Part shown: positions 10,308-22,580 of the stretch, piece by piece | How the letters are laid out: every line of letters starts with the position of its first letter | Numbering within the stretch: position 1 is the first letter of the stretch | Origin: Harriotta raleighana | Lineage: Eukaryota | Direction: 5' to 3' | Assembly (NCBI GenBank): GCA_050575255.1 | Contig: JBNZDD010013714.1 | Location: 1,777,613-1,841,612 of the forward strand | DNA: 64,000 nt | Program-made: the position numbers and the translations under genes | The notes under the pieces: model-generated | Database searches by the model: none | What the model was told of the DNA's origin: nothing | Seen by the model: only the letters and a program-made list of their open reading frames with translations

Positions 10308-13300
10308 AGTTGAACTTAATGATTATTTTCTAACGCTCAACATAAACTGTGCTGGACTGAATTCATCATTGATTCAGCACTTGGCTTGCTGGAAAAACCG
10401 TACTAGATTTGATGAAGGATTCAAGTTGTGATGTTTTTGATCAGATTTCTTTCTATTAACTTCTGAGCTGATTTTAAAACCATCATCAAGAGAGTCAGTG
10501 CTTTTACTACCAATGCAGAATTGAATTAAATTTGTTTGAAATTATTAATTTGGTTTAAACAGCTATAAATTTGAAAGGAATTTTACTGCTCATGTAAATT
10601 GAGCTGAACGAAGAGATAGACAAAAACAAATAAGGAACCCATTTTGTTCTAAATTGTAATGTTGCTCATTCACCAGTGAATTTATCTGGTTATACTTGTG
10701 CTTTTGGTTATGTAAGTGCCAGTTTGATAGAATTCCACATCCAATGGAGCTTAAATTTTTTTAAAATCCTGAACATGGTAAAACAACGGCAAGCATTAGG
10801 TACCAATGGGGGGGAGGGAGAGAATTGCATCTGAGCTCAGTACATCAGTATGTTATTGTGATGCACAGTAAAGTCCCAGAAGTGACTTTTAGAAAGAACT
10901 TGCTGCTTGTGCTTGCTCGGAAACCTAAGGCATATTTAGTATTATGCTATCTATGTGTTCAGTGGTGAAGTGTGTACACTTTTAGAAATGGGGTCAGCAA
11001 GCAACTGCAGTGGCTGATGGGATTTTTGCAGCATTTTTCACTTCACAAGTTTTTGTATATCCATCCAATCAGTATTGTGTAGCACAGTGAATCTGACCCT
11101 GGCTTCCCTTGGGATTGATTCTTCAGTGATGCCTTGGGCATTATTTTATGAATGTTCATTAGCACTGATTCCTTCTGGAAACGCTGACGTATTATTTATG
11201 ACTGCTATGAAATGAGCTTCCAAAATCCACATTATAAACATGTTATTCATAACAATATGAAAAGGCTGTGTCTAACACTTTCCACGTGTATCTTAATATT
11301 TGAGAATTTTGTAATCTTGAAAGTTGTTTTCCAAATGTTTCAATCTATCAATTTGCACTATTGTTTCTTTCACTTGTCTCAATCTTATTTCTTTGATTTC
11401 TACATATCTGTCAGTGCAACTTTATTTTCCTGTATTTACTCCTTTCTCTCTCTTTGTCTGCCTATCTCCCTTACCCATTTCGCTGGCCAATGATGGATTG
11501 GGGCTTCTCCTCGTTTCACTCATGTCCATGGTGCACAATTGAGGCCCAAAATATAATTGATGGCAACCTGCTCCTACACCTTTAGTCCTGCTAGCAGCTA
11601 GCAATTATAGACGGAATAGGCCGTTCAGCCCATTAAATATGTACTGCTGTGTTTCTCCACACAACCACCATATTTAATCCCACTCTCCAACTAACTGGTA
11701 AACAGTGTTCTTACTTCATAGCTAGATTGATCAACAGCCTGATTAGTAATCTAGACAGATTATTGTTTTAGATCTGACCCTTCAATGCAGTTCTTTTATA
11801 CAAATTGTAACTCGCGCTTGAAGTTGGGTATATAAAAAGATAATTTGAGAGACTTGGACAAGGATTAAAATTCAAGGCAATATAGCAGAATGTGAATGGC
11901 ATTGATTTGGGATAATGGAATCGGAAAATCAAGGAAGCAACTCAAATCTGAAAGTAGTACTGATACCAACACGCTGAAGAATGGCAAGGAGGAAGACCGC
12001 CTTTGAAAGTAGATTGCATTATTAGGGAGCTCCCATATATTTACTTTCAGATTCCATTGAGAAGTCTTGATTGAAATTGGTGTGTTTAAACCCCATATGA
12101 GAAATAAAACCTGAAGTATTGCAGTATGGCACTGTCCTTGCTCATTCCATCAATATCTTCTAAAGCAAAATATAATACTGCAAGTGTGATGCTCTGCTGA
12201 TGGTATTTTAATATTAGTGAAGAACTATTCAGGCAGATCTTCAGACATTAATAATGTCTGAATTTTTTTTCTGGATTATCTGTACAGTAAATCAACTGAG
12301 ATGCACACAACACAGCAAAGACAATGTTAAGTTTTACAGAAATTGACATTTTAGCAGATCTTCAGGTGAAAGTATTTTTGAACACATTAGCCTCAAAGCA
12401 GTAAATATCTTCCTGGGGGTGTAAAAATGTTGATACAGTTGCTGGTCCTCCAAACTATTTCAATGTTTGAGTTAAGCTTGGCAGATGAGGATGCGGAAAA
12501 ATTCCTGAGAGAACATTAAAACTGTGGACACTGGTGAGACAATGCACTATCTTATCATCCCTCAAATCACTGATAAGTTACTATTGCACAGTCAAATCTA
12601 TGTTTAGCAGAAATAAATTTGAAACATTGTTCGACTTTGCTAAGACTTATAAAGAGATTATTTTCTATATAAAACTGATACAGAGCTTTTTTTTAAAGCA
12701 ATTGTGAACAGGCAATGAGGCACTTATCATACTGGTAGGGTATTAATGATGATCTGTTTACTGATAATTTGGTCCTGTGCAGAACAGATGAATTTATTGA
12801 GGGTGATCTGGGTGGACTGTTAATTTTGAACTTAACCTTTTATGTTTATCTTGCTCCCAAACACTGGTGTAACTGTCATTATGTAACCCCTCAATGTTTT
12901 ACAGTTCAGAGCTGGATAAATTTATCTTTTTCTAATGTTTCACACTAAATAAGTATGAACTGAGATATGTTACTTTGCGGTTTAAACTTGTGAATTCTCG
13001 AAGGAAGCTTTCACTTCTGTTTTTGCTGCACTTCTTAAAATAATCACTCAAATTTAAGCATTCCCATCCAATAGCGAGTTCTATTTGAATGCTATGACTA
13101 ACGTGCACAGTTTTGATTCCAGTACAAGATTTACCCAAATGAGTCACCATGCTCATCTTGTGGGATTTCATTACGTTGACTGAAAGCTAGCAGAAGTTTG
13201 AGAGTTGACAGTAGCTGTGACATGTAATGACTTTGGTGATGTGCAATTGGAACTTACATTTATATAGAGTCCTTCCCTCGGAATAATTTCTCTTGAGTTA

Positions 13301-13369
13301 TTTACAATGGGGGTGTAGATGCCGAGTGAGGGATAGCGAGAAGTTCAAAGAGAGAGGTGATCCACATAT

Positions 13370-13560
13370 GGAGTTTGGTAGGGGAGAGAATGGAGGCGTG
13401 GAGTTTTGAATGAGTTGAAGATTATGGATGGTGGAGCTACGGACACCAGCTGGGGATGGTTAGAAAAATCCAGCCAAGATGCGACAAAGGCATGAATATG
13501 GGTTTGCCACCATTTTAGAGTGAAGTAAGGGTGGAGGCAGGCAATGTGACAGAAGTGAGG
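13370..13560 (-). mobile_element. Degenerate L2 fragment
   Basis: The reverse strand reads HIHAFVASWLDFSN, an L2 ORF2 motif. Confidence 0.6.
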
Positions 13561-14573
13561 TAAAGTGACACCCTCCTCCCTCAATCGACTAACAATCAGG
13601 TTATATCAAATACAAATTATTATCATTATTACATCAGGCATATTTAATAAATGATAGTTTCTTTTTTCGTGGTAGAAAATTAATAAACTAGGATAATATG
13701 AGGATGGATGCAAAGAACCAACCAATTCATATTATGTATACAGATTAATTTGGCATGAAATCTTCCTGCAAACATGGGTGTTTCATGCCAATTTGAAATG
13801 CAGAATCTGAATCTTAGCCACACATTTCAAGCTAAATCTGTGTCTCAAGATGATTCAACTCTTGATTCTCAATATAAATTGTTGATAACATTTATTTTTC
13901 ATCATTTTTATAGTGGAGCAAAACCAGAATTGTAGGCAGAAAATGCATCTACTGTAGACTCAATTCTGTTGCGGTTCTGTTTCAAGTCACAGAACAAAAC
14001 TTTCTATTAATCTAGCGCAGAATTGTCAATCTTGCTGGATAGTTTCTGTGAGAAATGCAATCTGTCATACTTTTGGAGTAGGAGGTTGTTTTCTTGGATT
14101 GGGGAGTAGAGGGAACTTTCAGTGCAGCTAACTTGACCTTGTAATGCTTATTCGTGAAAATAAATGCCTCAAAAAGAGGAATGTGCTCTTATTTCCCAGC
14201 ACTAACATCCGGCAATTTGGTGAGCATAAATTTTGCTCAAAGGTATATAATATAGGATAAAATAGTTTCCTGCCCATATTCATGAACAATATTTCAGGTT
14301 TGCTGTAAGACAAATGTCAGGATTTGAGTCAATGCCTTTGTCATTCATTTTGTAATTTTAATATAGTCGGTCTCCTTGGTGCTGATGTGTTGGGAATCTT
14401 TGGGTTTTTTATAATCTAATTTTAATCAAATCTGTCGGGACTATTTGATATCTGGGAATAATTGGAATGGATTGCTTTGTCCATACCTAGTGGGGAGAAC
14501 TGGTCTGTAACAAGAATAATAATAATAATAATAATCCTTGCATTTGATATAGAGCTTTTCACGTCTTCTAGAC

Positions 14574-14889
14574 CCTCGGTTCTCAACCAGGAGTACATGT
14601 ACCCCAGGGGGTACAAAATTACTTCCAGTGGGTACACTGGAAGTTACTTCCAGGTGGCAGTACATTGATTTATTTAACTCTCTTATTTAGCATTTTATAG
14701 CCTTCCAAATTGTATGTTTAATTGTTATTCCCCTCGTTTTGTATGCTAGTTATTTTGTTATTTAAGAAAAGCTTGGTCACAAAATGCAAGTGGAATGAGG
14801 GGGGTGGTGTGTGTGTGGTTGGTTGGGGGTACATGATAATGTTGAAAATTAACAAGGGGTACATTCCTGAAAAGAGTTGAGAACCATTG
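14574..14889. mobile_element. hAT-Charlie-type MITE
   Basis: TIRs CCTCGGTTCTCAACC and (rc) CAATGGTTCTCAACT. The 8-bp TSD TTCTAGAC / ATCTAGAC fits the NTCTAGAN target. Confidence 0.85.
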
Positions 14890-14946
14890 ATCTAGACGTC
14901 TCAAAGCGCTTCACAAAATATACTGTGAAGTGAATTGACTGTTTTC

Positions 14947-15924
14947 CGGTAAAGCCTCGTTTATCCGGCACCCACGGGACCTGGCCAGTGGCAGTTAAAT
15001 GGTTTTGTAACATTTTTTTTTTAAATTAAAAATTATTTTAACACATACCATATTAATAATAGATTAAATCATAATAGAATATTGTATTAGTACTTTTATT
15101 TATACTTAACTTTGCAATCAAAGCCCTCACACAACCTATTTTAGGTCAAATGGACCAAAATAGTAACTTCTGTGTTGTAAGTTTATAATGCTTTGTAGGT
15201 TAGATTAGCATCAATATGCGTAAGTTTCCATTAACAGATAATAACGATCGAGGTAAAAAAAACAGGACTTTTAAAGGGAGTAGGAGCGATGTCTCTCTCT
15301 CTGTCTAAGTGTGTGTCTCTCTCTCCCTCTATGTGTGTATAAGTCTCTGTGTGTCTGTGTGTTTCTCTCTTTTTGTCTCTGTGTGTCTCTCTCTCTGTGT
15401 CTATGTGTGTGTCTCTCTCTCCCTCTCTGTGTGTGTATATGTCTCTCTCTGTGTCTTATGTGTATGTTTCTCTCTCTTTGTCTCCATGTATGTCTCTCTC
15501 TCTGTGACTCTCTCTGTGTCTCTCTCTGTCTATATGTGTGTCTCTCTCTGTCTCTGTGTGTGTCTCTCTGTGTGTCTGTGTGTGTGTGTCTCTCTCTATC
15601 TGGCTCTTGTGTGTCTCTCTCTCTCTGACTGTGTTTGTGTGTCTCTCTCTGTGTGTGTGTCTCTTATCTGTGTCTGTGTGTTTGTGTGTCCCTCTCTCTC
15701 ACCTGTAATTGGCTGCTGCCCAGGGCTCTGAGCGTCTCACCAGTTTAGATCCACCTAGTGGCCAGCCGCGAGGAGTGTGTTCACTTGCGACAGTCCATTT
15801 ATTGAATGCATCATCACTATTTGCCAGATAACTTCTGGTTAATTGAATCTGGAGGTTTTTTTTGGAGGTGGCAGTTGAACGGGTTTTCCGGTTCATCGAA
15901 TCACGGATAAACGAGGCTTTATTG
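14947..15924 (+). mobile_element. Tigger-like MITE family A with internal CT/GT microsatellite
   Basis: TIRs CGGTAAAGCCTCGTTTATCCG and (rc) CAATAAAGCCTCGTTTATCCG, with TA on the right side. Confidence 0.85.
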
Positions 15925-17024
15925 TATGTGGGTGAAATTGGCAGCCAATTGTATACAGCACTGTCCCACAAACAGTTGTGGATTGAAATGACCGATTTAT
16001 TATTGCTCACAAAGCACAAACTACAATAGCAAGAATACAATAAGTACTTTATTTTAACATTTCATATTTTGCTTTGGCTTTGTCTGCAAAGCTTCTACAG
16101 CTTTTTAAAAGAAAACTTTAAAAATACAGTAGTTATATGTTGACTGTATTACAATAACCTGAAATTTAAGGCTCAAATTTGCTTTGGTGATTTGTTTATA
16201 TATAATGAACAAAGTAACATTGATGCATAGTAGTATTCAATTTAGAGGCATTTTTGCTTTGCCACCCTCACCTGGATTGGATGCTAAGATTGAATGATTT
16301 CACTCTATTAGATATTTGTCAACCAGCAATTTGAATCTGCCCCGATTAGCATCCTAATCCATGATGATGCATNTCAACCAGCAATTTGAATCTGCCCCGA
16401 TTAGCATCCTAATCCTTTAGTTGTCTGAGCAGAAGGAATAAAGCGAATGGACCTTGTTCGAAATTTGTTTGTACTGTTGTGTGCTGTGAAAGTCATTAGC
16501 ATTAGTATTAACATTACTTTTGTGCTGGTGGGAATTTTTTCCCTGTTTGATAGTCAGTAATTTTGATGGTGGTATAAAAGATGGACCTAGTTTACATATG
16601 CAAATCGGGTTAATTGGACCACACTTTCTTCACAACTGCAGCTTCATTACACCGGTTGAACAGAATAATTGCAATACTATAGGGGGAGCATTACTGAAGC
16701 ACACTAATTGGATTTTATTTGCACAATAAGAAGATGCACTTCCAACAGTAAATGTAATTCTAAGTGGAGTTAGTGTATTATGAATGATTGTACTGATGCT
16801 AATTGTATCTGATTTGCAAATGCAAATTGGAATTGCTTAAAAATCAACTTGACTAATTGAAATAGCTAGCCATTCCCAGAATCCTTAAAAAGAACTTCAG
16901 TAGAAGAGGAGAGCATTGATGTTTACTGTATTGGTTCCTGGAGCTAGCTACTCCAATTCTCCTATTTCTTTGCTCTTAACCTCATACAATCTGTTCAAAT
17001 GTCTGCCAATTCTCTTTAACAGTA

Positions 17025-17723
17025 CAGGCAGTCCTCAAGTTACGTCAGGGTTAGGTTCCTAAGATGTGGTGTAAGTCGAATTTGTATGCAAATTGAGTCA
17101 CCCCCCTATAATGCTTAAAGTAACATACAGTGATTGGTTGTAGTGTATAGTGATCTACCCTCTCTCCCCTGCACCCCCCCACCATATGTACAGTACTGTA
17201 AATAAAATAAAATATTACTATTCTTACATGGCTTCATTGTGAGTCTGGCACTCGATGTAGCGCAACACAGGAGATCACACGCGACGTAGCGCAACACAGG
17301 AGATCACACGCGATGTAGCGCAAGGCAGATCACATGCGACATAGCGCAACGCAGGAGATCACATGTGACGTAGCGCAACGCAGATCACACGTGACGTAGC
17401 GCAACGCAGATCACACGTGACATAGCGCAGTCTAAAGGCTGGGGAGTACTGTACCGCCGAGCTCACAGACTCACACAGTACCTGTACAGTACACACTCGC
17501 ATCTCGCCTCCATCCTGTTCCTGTACTGAACGTGTATCGTGGTCCCGTGAGTGTTGAGAGCGGCGACTCCAGTTTTCTATCGCGCATGGGGCAGCTAAAG
17601 TATTTACATAGTAGTGTCGTAACTTCGAGACCTCGGATGTAACTCGGACGTAATTTTACTGATTTTAAGTGTCGTAACTTCGAATTGTCGTATCTCGAAA
17701 CGTTGTAACTAGAGGACTGCCTG
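17025..17723. mobile_element. Tigger-like MITE family C with internal 26/29-bp tandem array
   Basis: TA|CAGGCAGTCCTCAAGTTAC ... GTAACTAGAGGACTGCCTG|TA. Array at 17253-17429. Confidence 0.9.
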
Positions 17724-19207
17724 TACGTAATTGACTTGCCTTCAATAGCCACTTGTGGTTCCTTGTTCCACGTGATTCATATTGTAATGGAACTTGCAGA
17801 AAACAATTGTACCTCAGCTTCCCAATAGAGATCTTTTGATCCTAGAATAGACTGCTCAGTTGACTTTCTGATCTAGGCATGATTCCAGGCCTGTAACACC
17901 AGAGACAATCAACCTTGGGCTCAAATGCTCTGAAACCCCCAGCAACAAAATTGTGTTCACCTTATAGCTATAGCAGGAGCCTTTCCACACCTGGCCACTA
18001 TTTCTGGAATATTAACAGTCAGTTAACAAGAACCAATTCTGCGCCATATCCTTGGATGTGAATGAATCAATCATCTGCTTTCTGATCAACTTTCTGATCT
18101 GTGCTGTAGCACTAAATGGCACAGATCAGAAAGTTGCAGGTTTGAATCCTGATCTGTTGAATTCATTCACATATTGTAAATTGTTCCGAGGACTTATTAA
18201 CTATTATGTTAGTATTTTTAATAATCGATTGTTTGGAATTTGTATAGTTTGAAAATTATTAGTTGCTTATAAACTTCCAGGATCTGAAGCTGTACAGAGT
18301 GGAAATTATTGGAAGTCTGTGTCAAGCTTGGGTATGGCATTCTTCCAATATCATACCCAAGTGATCATTTAGCTAGATGATCAGTGTTCGCGTGCTGTTT
18401 GACCAGATGATCCAGGCTGCCCTGACATCTACGTACTGTAAGTGTCCCTGGGTGATCAGGAGTGGGAACTGAACCTCAACCAAGGAAAATGTTCAACATC
18501 TGAGTGTCAACAGATAATGTGCATTTGGAATTTGGATAGAGACTCTGCTACCTGGCAAATGCATGCAATTTATTTATATCATTTTGTCTTGTAACTTGCC
18601 CTTTATTATTGCTCCACTCACAGCTCAAAGTGTTTCCTCTCAGCAAAGGCTGACTGAGCCCCAAAGCCAGGCTCATCTTGATCATACTTACCAAAGTCAG
18701 AAAATTGCCACGGGAAAGATTTCATACATTAAAAGCCGATGAAAAGCTTGTTTTTACAGTATATGTGTTTTAGTGAATGCAGTAACCTTTGTAATCTTTT
18801 GTGGATAACACACAAATCTGACTGAAAACACATGGAAATTGACAGATCAGAGTTAACCTGTAGATTACTTTCACCTCTGAGTTCCTGATTTTACTTCCCC
18901 AAGAGCTGTGTCCAAGCTTGGTTGAACCCTAATGATCATATAGCTGCTGTTGCTGTGATACGTTTAACTGAGATGTCTGCCTATTAAACAGTGTGGATTG
19001 TTCTTGTATCTGTCCACTGGCCATTGTCTCTATCACTGCTTTACACTGTGAGTCAATTTCAAAACTTCTCTCTTTAACCTCAGTCTCCACTTTTGATTCC
19101 TTTGCCCTCACAATGCTTCAATGAGGGTAGATGGGTGGAAGGGAAAAAAGTGACCAGTAAAAGAAAAAGAAACATAAAATGAATGGAAGCCAAATTCAAG
19201 CAAATTA

Positions 19208-20102
19208 CAGTAAAACCTCATTTATCCGTGACTCGAATAATCAGAAAACCCTTTCAACCGCCATCTCAAAAAAAAAGTCCCGATTCGATTAACCGGAAGT
19301 TATCCGGTGACGCATTTAACGTCGGGTCTAAACTCGTCCGGGTCCTTTTTGCGCTTTGGGACATCCTCCCGACGTGAAAGGCGCTATACAAGTATAATTT
19401 TGTTGTTGTTGTTTTTAAAAGTCGCGTTTTTTTCATACCTCGTTCACTTGAGTTGGAGCATTGGGAGGGGGGCGTGTCTCTCTCTCTCCCCCCCAATCAC
19501 AGTCTCTCTCTCAGTCTCTCTCTCCCCCAATCACAGTCTCTCTCTCTCTCTCTCTCTCTCCCAATCACAGTCTCTCTCTCTCTCAGTCTCTCTCTCTCTG
19601 AGGCTCAGATGGGGGAAAGCATAATGGAGAGAGAGAGTAATGGCAGGCAAGTTGATGCAGAGACAGAGAGCGAGAAGGAGGGAGAGAGAGGAAAGGGAAG
19701 GGGGAGGGGTGAGGATTGTGGACAGAATTTATATGATGGATTCAGACTGAATATCTTTGAGGGTCTGTGTGTCTGTGTATGTGTGTGTGTGCTGGCCGTT
19801 AGGTCTAAACTCTTTGCTTTTTAAAGTCGCGTTTTGTTTTACCTCCGTCGAATCAGTGCAGCGATTGCGAAGTTAAGTATAAATAATCATGTACCAATAG
19901 AATATTCTGTTATTATTTAGTCTATTATTAATATGGTATGTGTTAAAATATTTTTGTAAAATGTTTTTTTTTAAAAGNATTAATATGGTATGTGTTAAAA
20001 TATTTTTGTAAAATGTTTTTTTTAAAAAGCTGTTCAACCGGAAAAAACGTTTAACCGCCACTGGCCAGGTCCTGTGGGTGCCGGATAAACGGGGTTTTAC
20101 TG
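19208..20102 (-). mobile_element. Tigger-like MITE family A containing an L2 tail (19351-19412)
   Basis: TA|CAGTAAAACCTCATTTATCCG ... CGGATAAACGGGGTTTTACTG|TA. Confidence 0.88.
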
Positions 20103-20216
20103 TAGAATCATTAGTCAAATAATAATCATGTAACAGGATAGCAAACCTGCAAAAGAGGCTTGATGTGAAAGAATATGTTGAAAGAGACTTGTTGATTCAA
20201 ATCAGTGGCTCTAATA

Positions 20217-20809
20217 CAGTAAAATCCCGTTTATCCGGCAACCATGGGACCTAGCCAATGCCGATTAAACATTTAAAAAAAAACATTTTTATTAAAAATT
20301 ATTTTAACACATACCAATATATTAATAATAGACTAAATAATAACAGATAATAACAATATTGTATGGGTATTTTATTGTAAATGTTGTACTCTACCATAAA
20401 TAATAGAATAAATACAGTAATAACAGATACTGTAATAACAGAATATTGTATGGCTTCTTTATTGTAAATGTTGTACACTGTACCATATAAATAATAGACT
20501 AAATACACTAATAACAGATACTAAAATAACAGAATATTTTGTTAGTACTTTATTATTTATACTTAACTTCTGCAATGGCCGCCAAGAGAGGAAAACAAAA
20601 CGGCAGCACGACTTTTTTAAAAAAACGACTTTAGGCTCGACTAGCGGCCAGCCGATATACCTGCACAGTACTCGCGTGTGACAATCGATTCATTAAATGC
20701 GGCATCGCTTTTCTGCCAGATAACTTCCAGTTTATTGAATCTGGACTTTTTTTTTGAGGTTCAACGGGTTTTCTGGTTCATCGAGTCACGGATAAACGGA
20801 CTTTTACTA
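20217..20809 (+). mobile_element. Tigger-like MITE family A with AT-rich internal duplications
   Basis: TA|CAGTAAAATCCCGTTTATCCG ... CGGATAAACGGACTTTTACTA|TA. Confidence 0.85.
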
Positions 20810-22164
20810 TATTTGTAATGTTTTCAAAGGCCTGCTAATTATGCTATGGCTTCAGAGTTAGGAAATATTACTGGCAAAGAAGATTGTTGACTTATTTTCA
20901 TGTCTTCAAGTTTTGTGTAAAAACTCTTCAGGTTATTTTGAATTTGAAATGTTTTTTAAAAATATCTTTCATGTCTTATTGACCATTGTGCTGCGGATAT
21001 GTCTGTCGCTGTAGGAGTTTGGGAGTAGCAAGCAGAAAGAATGATTAATTGAGACAGTTTTTCCTCCCCACCTTGTGTTGGTTCACAAGAGAGCCTGAAT
21101 ATGGATAAGATTTGAACCTAGGTTTCATCCAGTTAGAGAACCAGCTTGCTCTTGAGTTTCAAACATCCCTTTAGGAAGGTCAATTACATCTGCAGAAAAT
21201 GCTATAAACACATGTTTGGCTGAAAAAGAATGATAGTGCAGAACTTTAATCATGGATGATTTTTAACCTGATTGATAACGTAAGGAAAATCTACAATTAG
21301 ATAAATAGTGGCATAATAATGCTCATCTTAACTAAAAAATATATCTCACAGTACAGTATAAAAATCCTTTCACAAGTTATTAATATGAGCTAGGCTGCAC
21401 AAATGTAACTTTAGGAATGTGATAGTGCAGTGAATTTTGACATACTGTACATAGATAGATTATTTCTCACGAGGTATAATGGAAAGAGGAAATTGAAGTA
21501 GGTTACCAGAAAAACTAAAAATAGCGTATCATAGCCGATAGGAAATGTGTTTTCCAGTAAGAATCCTTTCTGAATAACACTGCACACATCAGTGGTGCAG
21601 TGCGTTGCAGTCTGATGCGGTCAAAGTCCAGTTGCAGTTGCACACAAAAGTTCCCAGTCCTCAATCAAATTTACATAAGCTTGGTGCTTAACTGGGAAGG
21701 GTTGGGGGGAAACAAAGATGAAATTTGATTCATTTTACTAAGTTGTTATTGCGTACATTCTGGTTCTTGAAACGTCAAAATGGAAATGGTTGCTTTCCTG
21801 TTTTTCGCTTGGACAATGTTATGGAAGTCACTACATTGGAAAAAAAATGGGAAGAGGAAAAGTGTTTTTGTCCTTGTTGGTGTTCAAGGACAGTGATTAA
21901 ATGCTTTTGTGCCTTTTAATACTGATCAGTCTTTAATCCATGCAGAGCAAGGCTCCCTCCACACTCAGTGAGGTGGGTTTAACCCTCAAACTCAGAAATA
22001 TTGCACCAGTATTATTTCATCGCGTTAGGGCATAATTCTTGCCTTTTCTGAACGAAATTTCCAATTGTGTAACATTATCACGGTAGGTCCGTGCCATTTA
22101 AAACATTAGATTAAGATTGGTGCAAAGTGCCACATAGTTCCCAGGTAACATGCATCACATAATA

Positions 22165-22580
22165 ATTTATATGCTTTCATTTCATATGGCACCTTTCACA
22201 TCGGAAGGGCATCTCAAAGGATTCTTGAGACTGCACAGGATTTACTGCAGAGTGAATATTTGTAGATAAATGCGGCAGACAATTTTCTCACATCGGTGTC
22301 CTGTAAACAGCCATAAAAGTGAATGATCAATTTTAGTTGAGGAACATTGGCCAGTACACTGGGTTACATTGCTTTCTCTTTTTGAAGAGTTCCATGGGAT
22401 CTTTATTGGCCACCTAAACACAGAAACAAATTTAATTTTTGGCATCTCATTTGAAGGACAGCACCTCCGAGAATGCAGTGCTCCCCCAACATTGTTTTGG
22501 AGTGTCTTAAAGTCCTCAAAGAGTGGCTTGAACTCATAACCTTCTGATTTAGAAGCTAGAGCACTAACAATTGAGCCACT
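22165..22580 (-). mobile_element. Old Deu-domain-type SINE
   Basis: The reverse strand has a tRNA-like head, the central GCACTGCATTCTCGGAGGTGCTGTCCTTCAAATGAGATG...AAAGATCCCATGG segment typical of Deu-domain SINEs, and an L2-like tail. Confidence 0.65.

Larger units (their letters stand above)
14515..15995 (-). mobile_element. tRNA-derived SINE 3' part split by two DNA transposons
   Basis: SINE pieces at 14515-14573, 14890-14946 and 15925-15995 join into a contiguous consensus. Confidence 0.85.

Noticed and set aside
12240-12262. 11-bp-arm palindrome (also a 10-bp stem at 50031-50059)
   Set aside because: Too short to interpret in 64 kb of AT-rich DNA.
16319-16415. 42-bp direct repeat around a single N (16373)
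   Set aside because: Signature of an unmerged contig overlap, so an assembly artefact.
17253-17429. CRISPR-like appearance of short repeats (also 10141-10307)
   Set aside because: No unique spacers, no cas genes and a vertebrate context; these are tandem repeats.
19927-20029. ~50-bp tandem duplication around N at 19978
   Set aside because: Same single-N overlap artefact.
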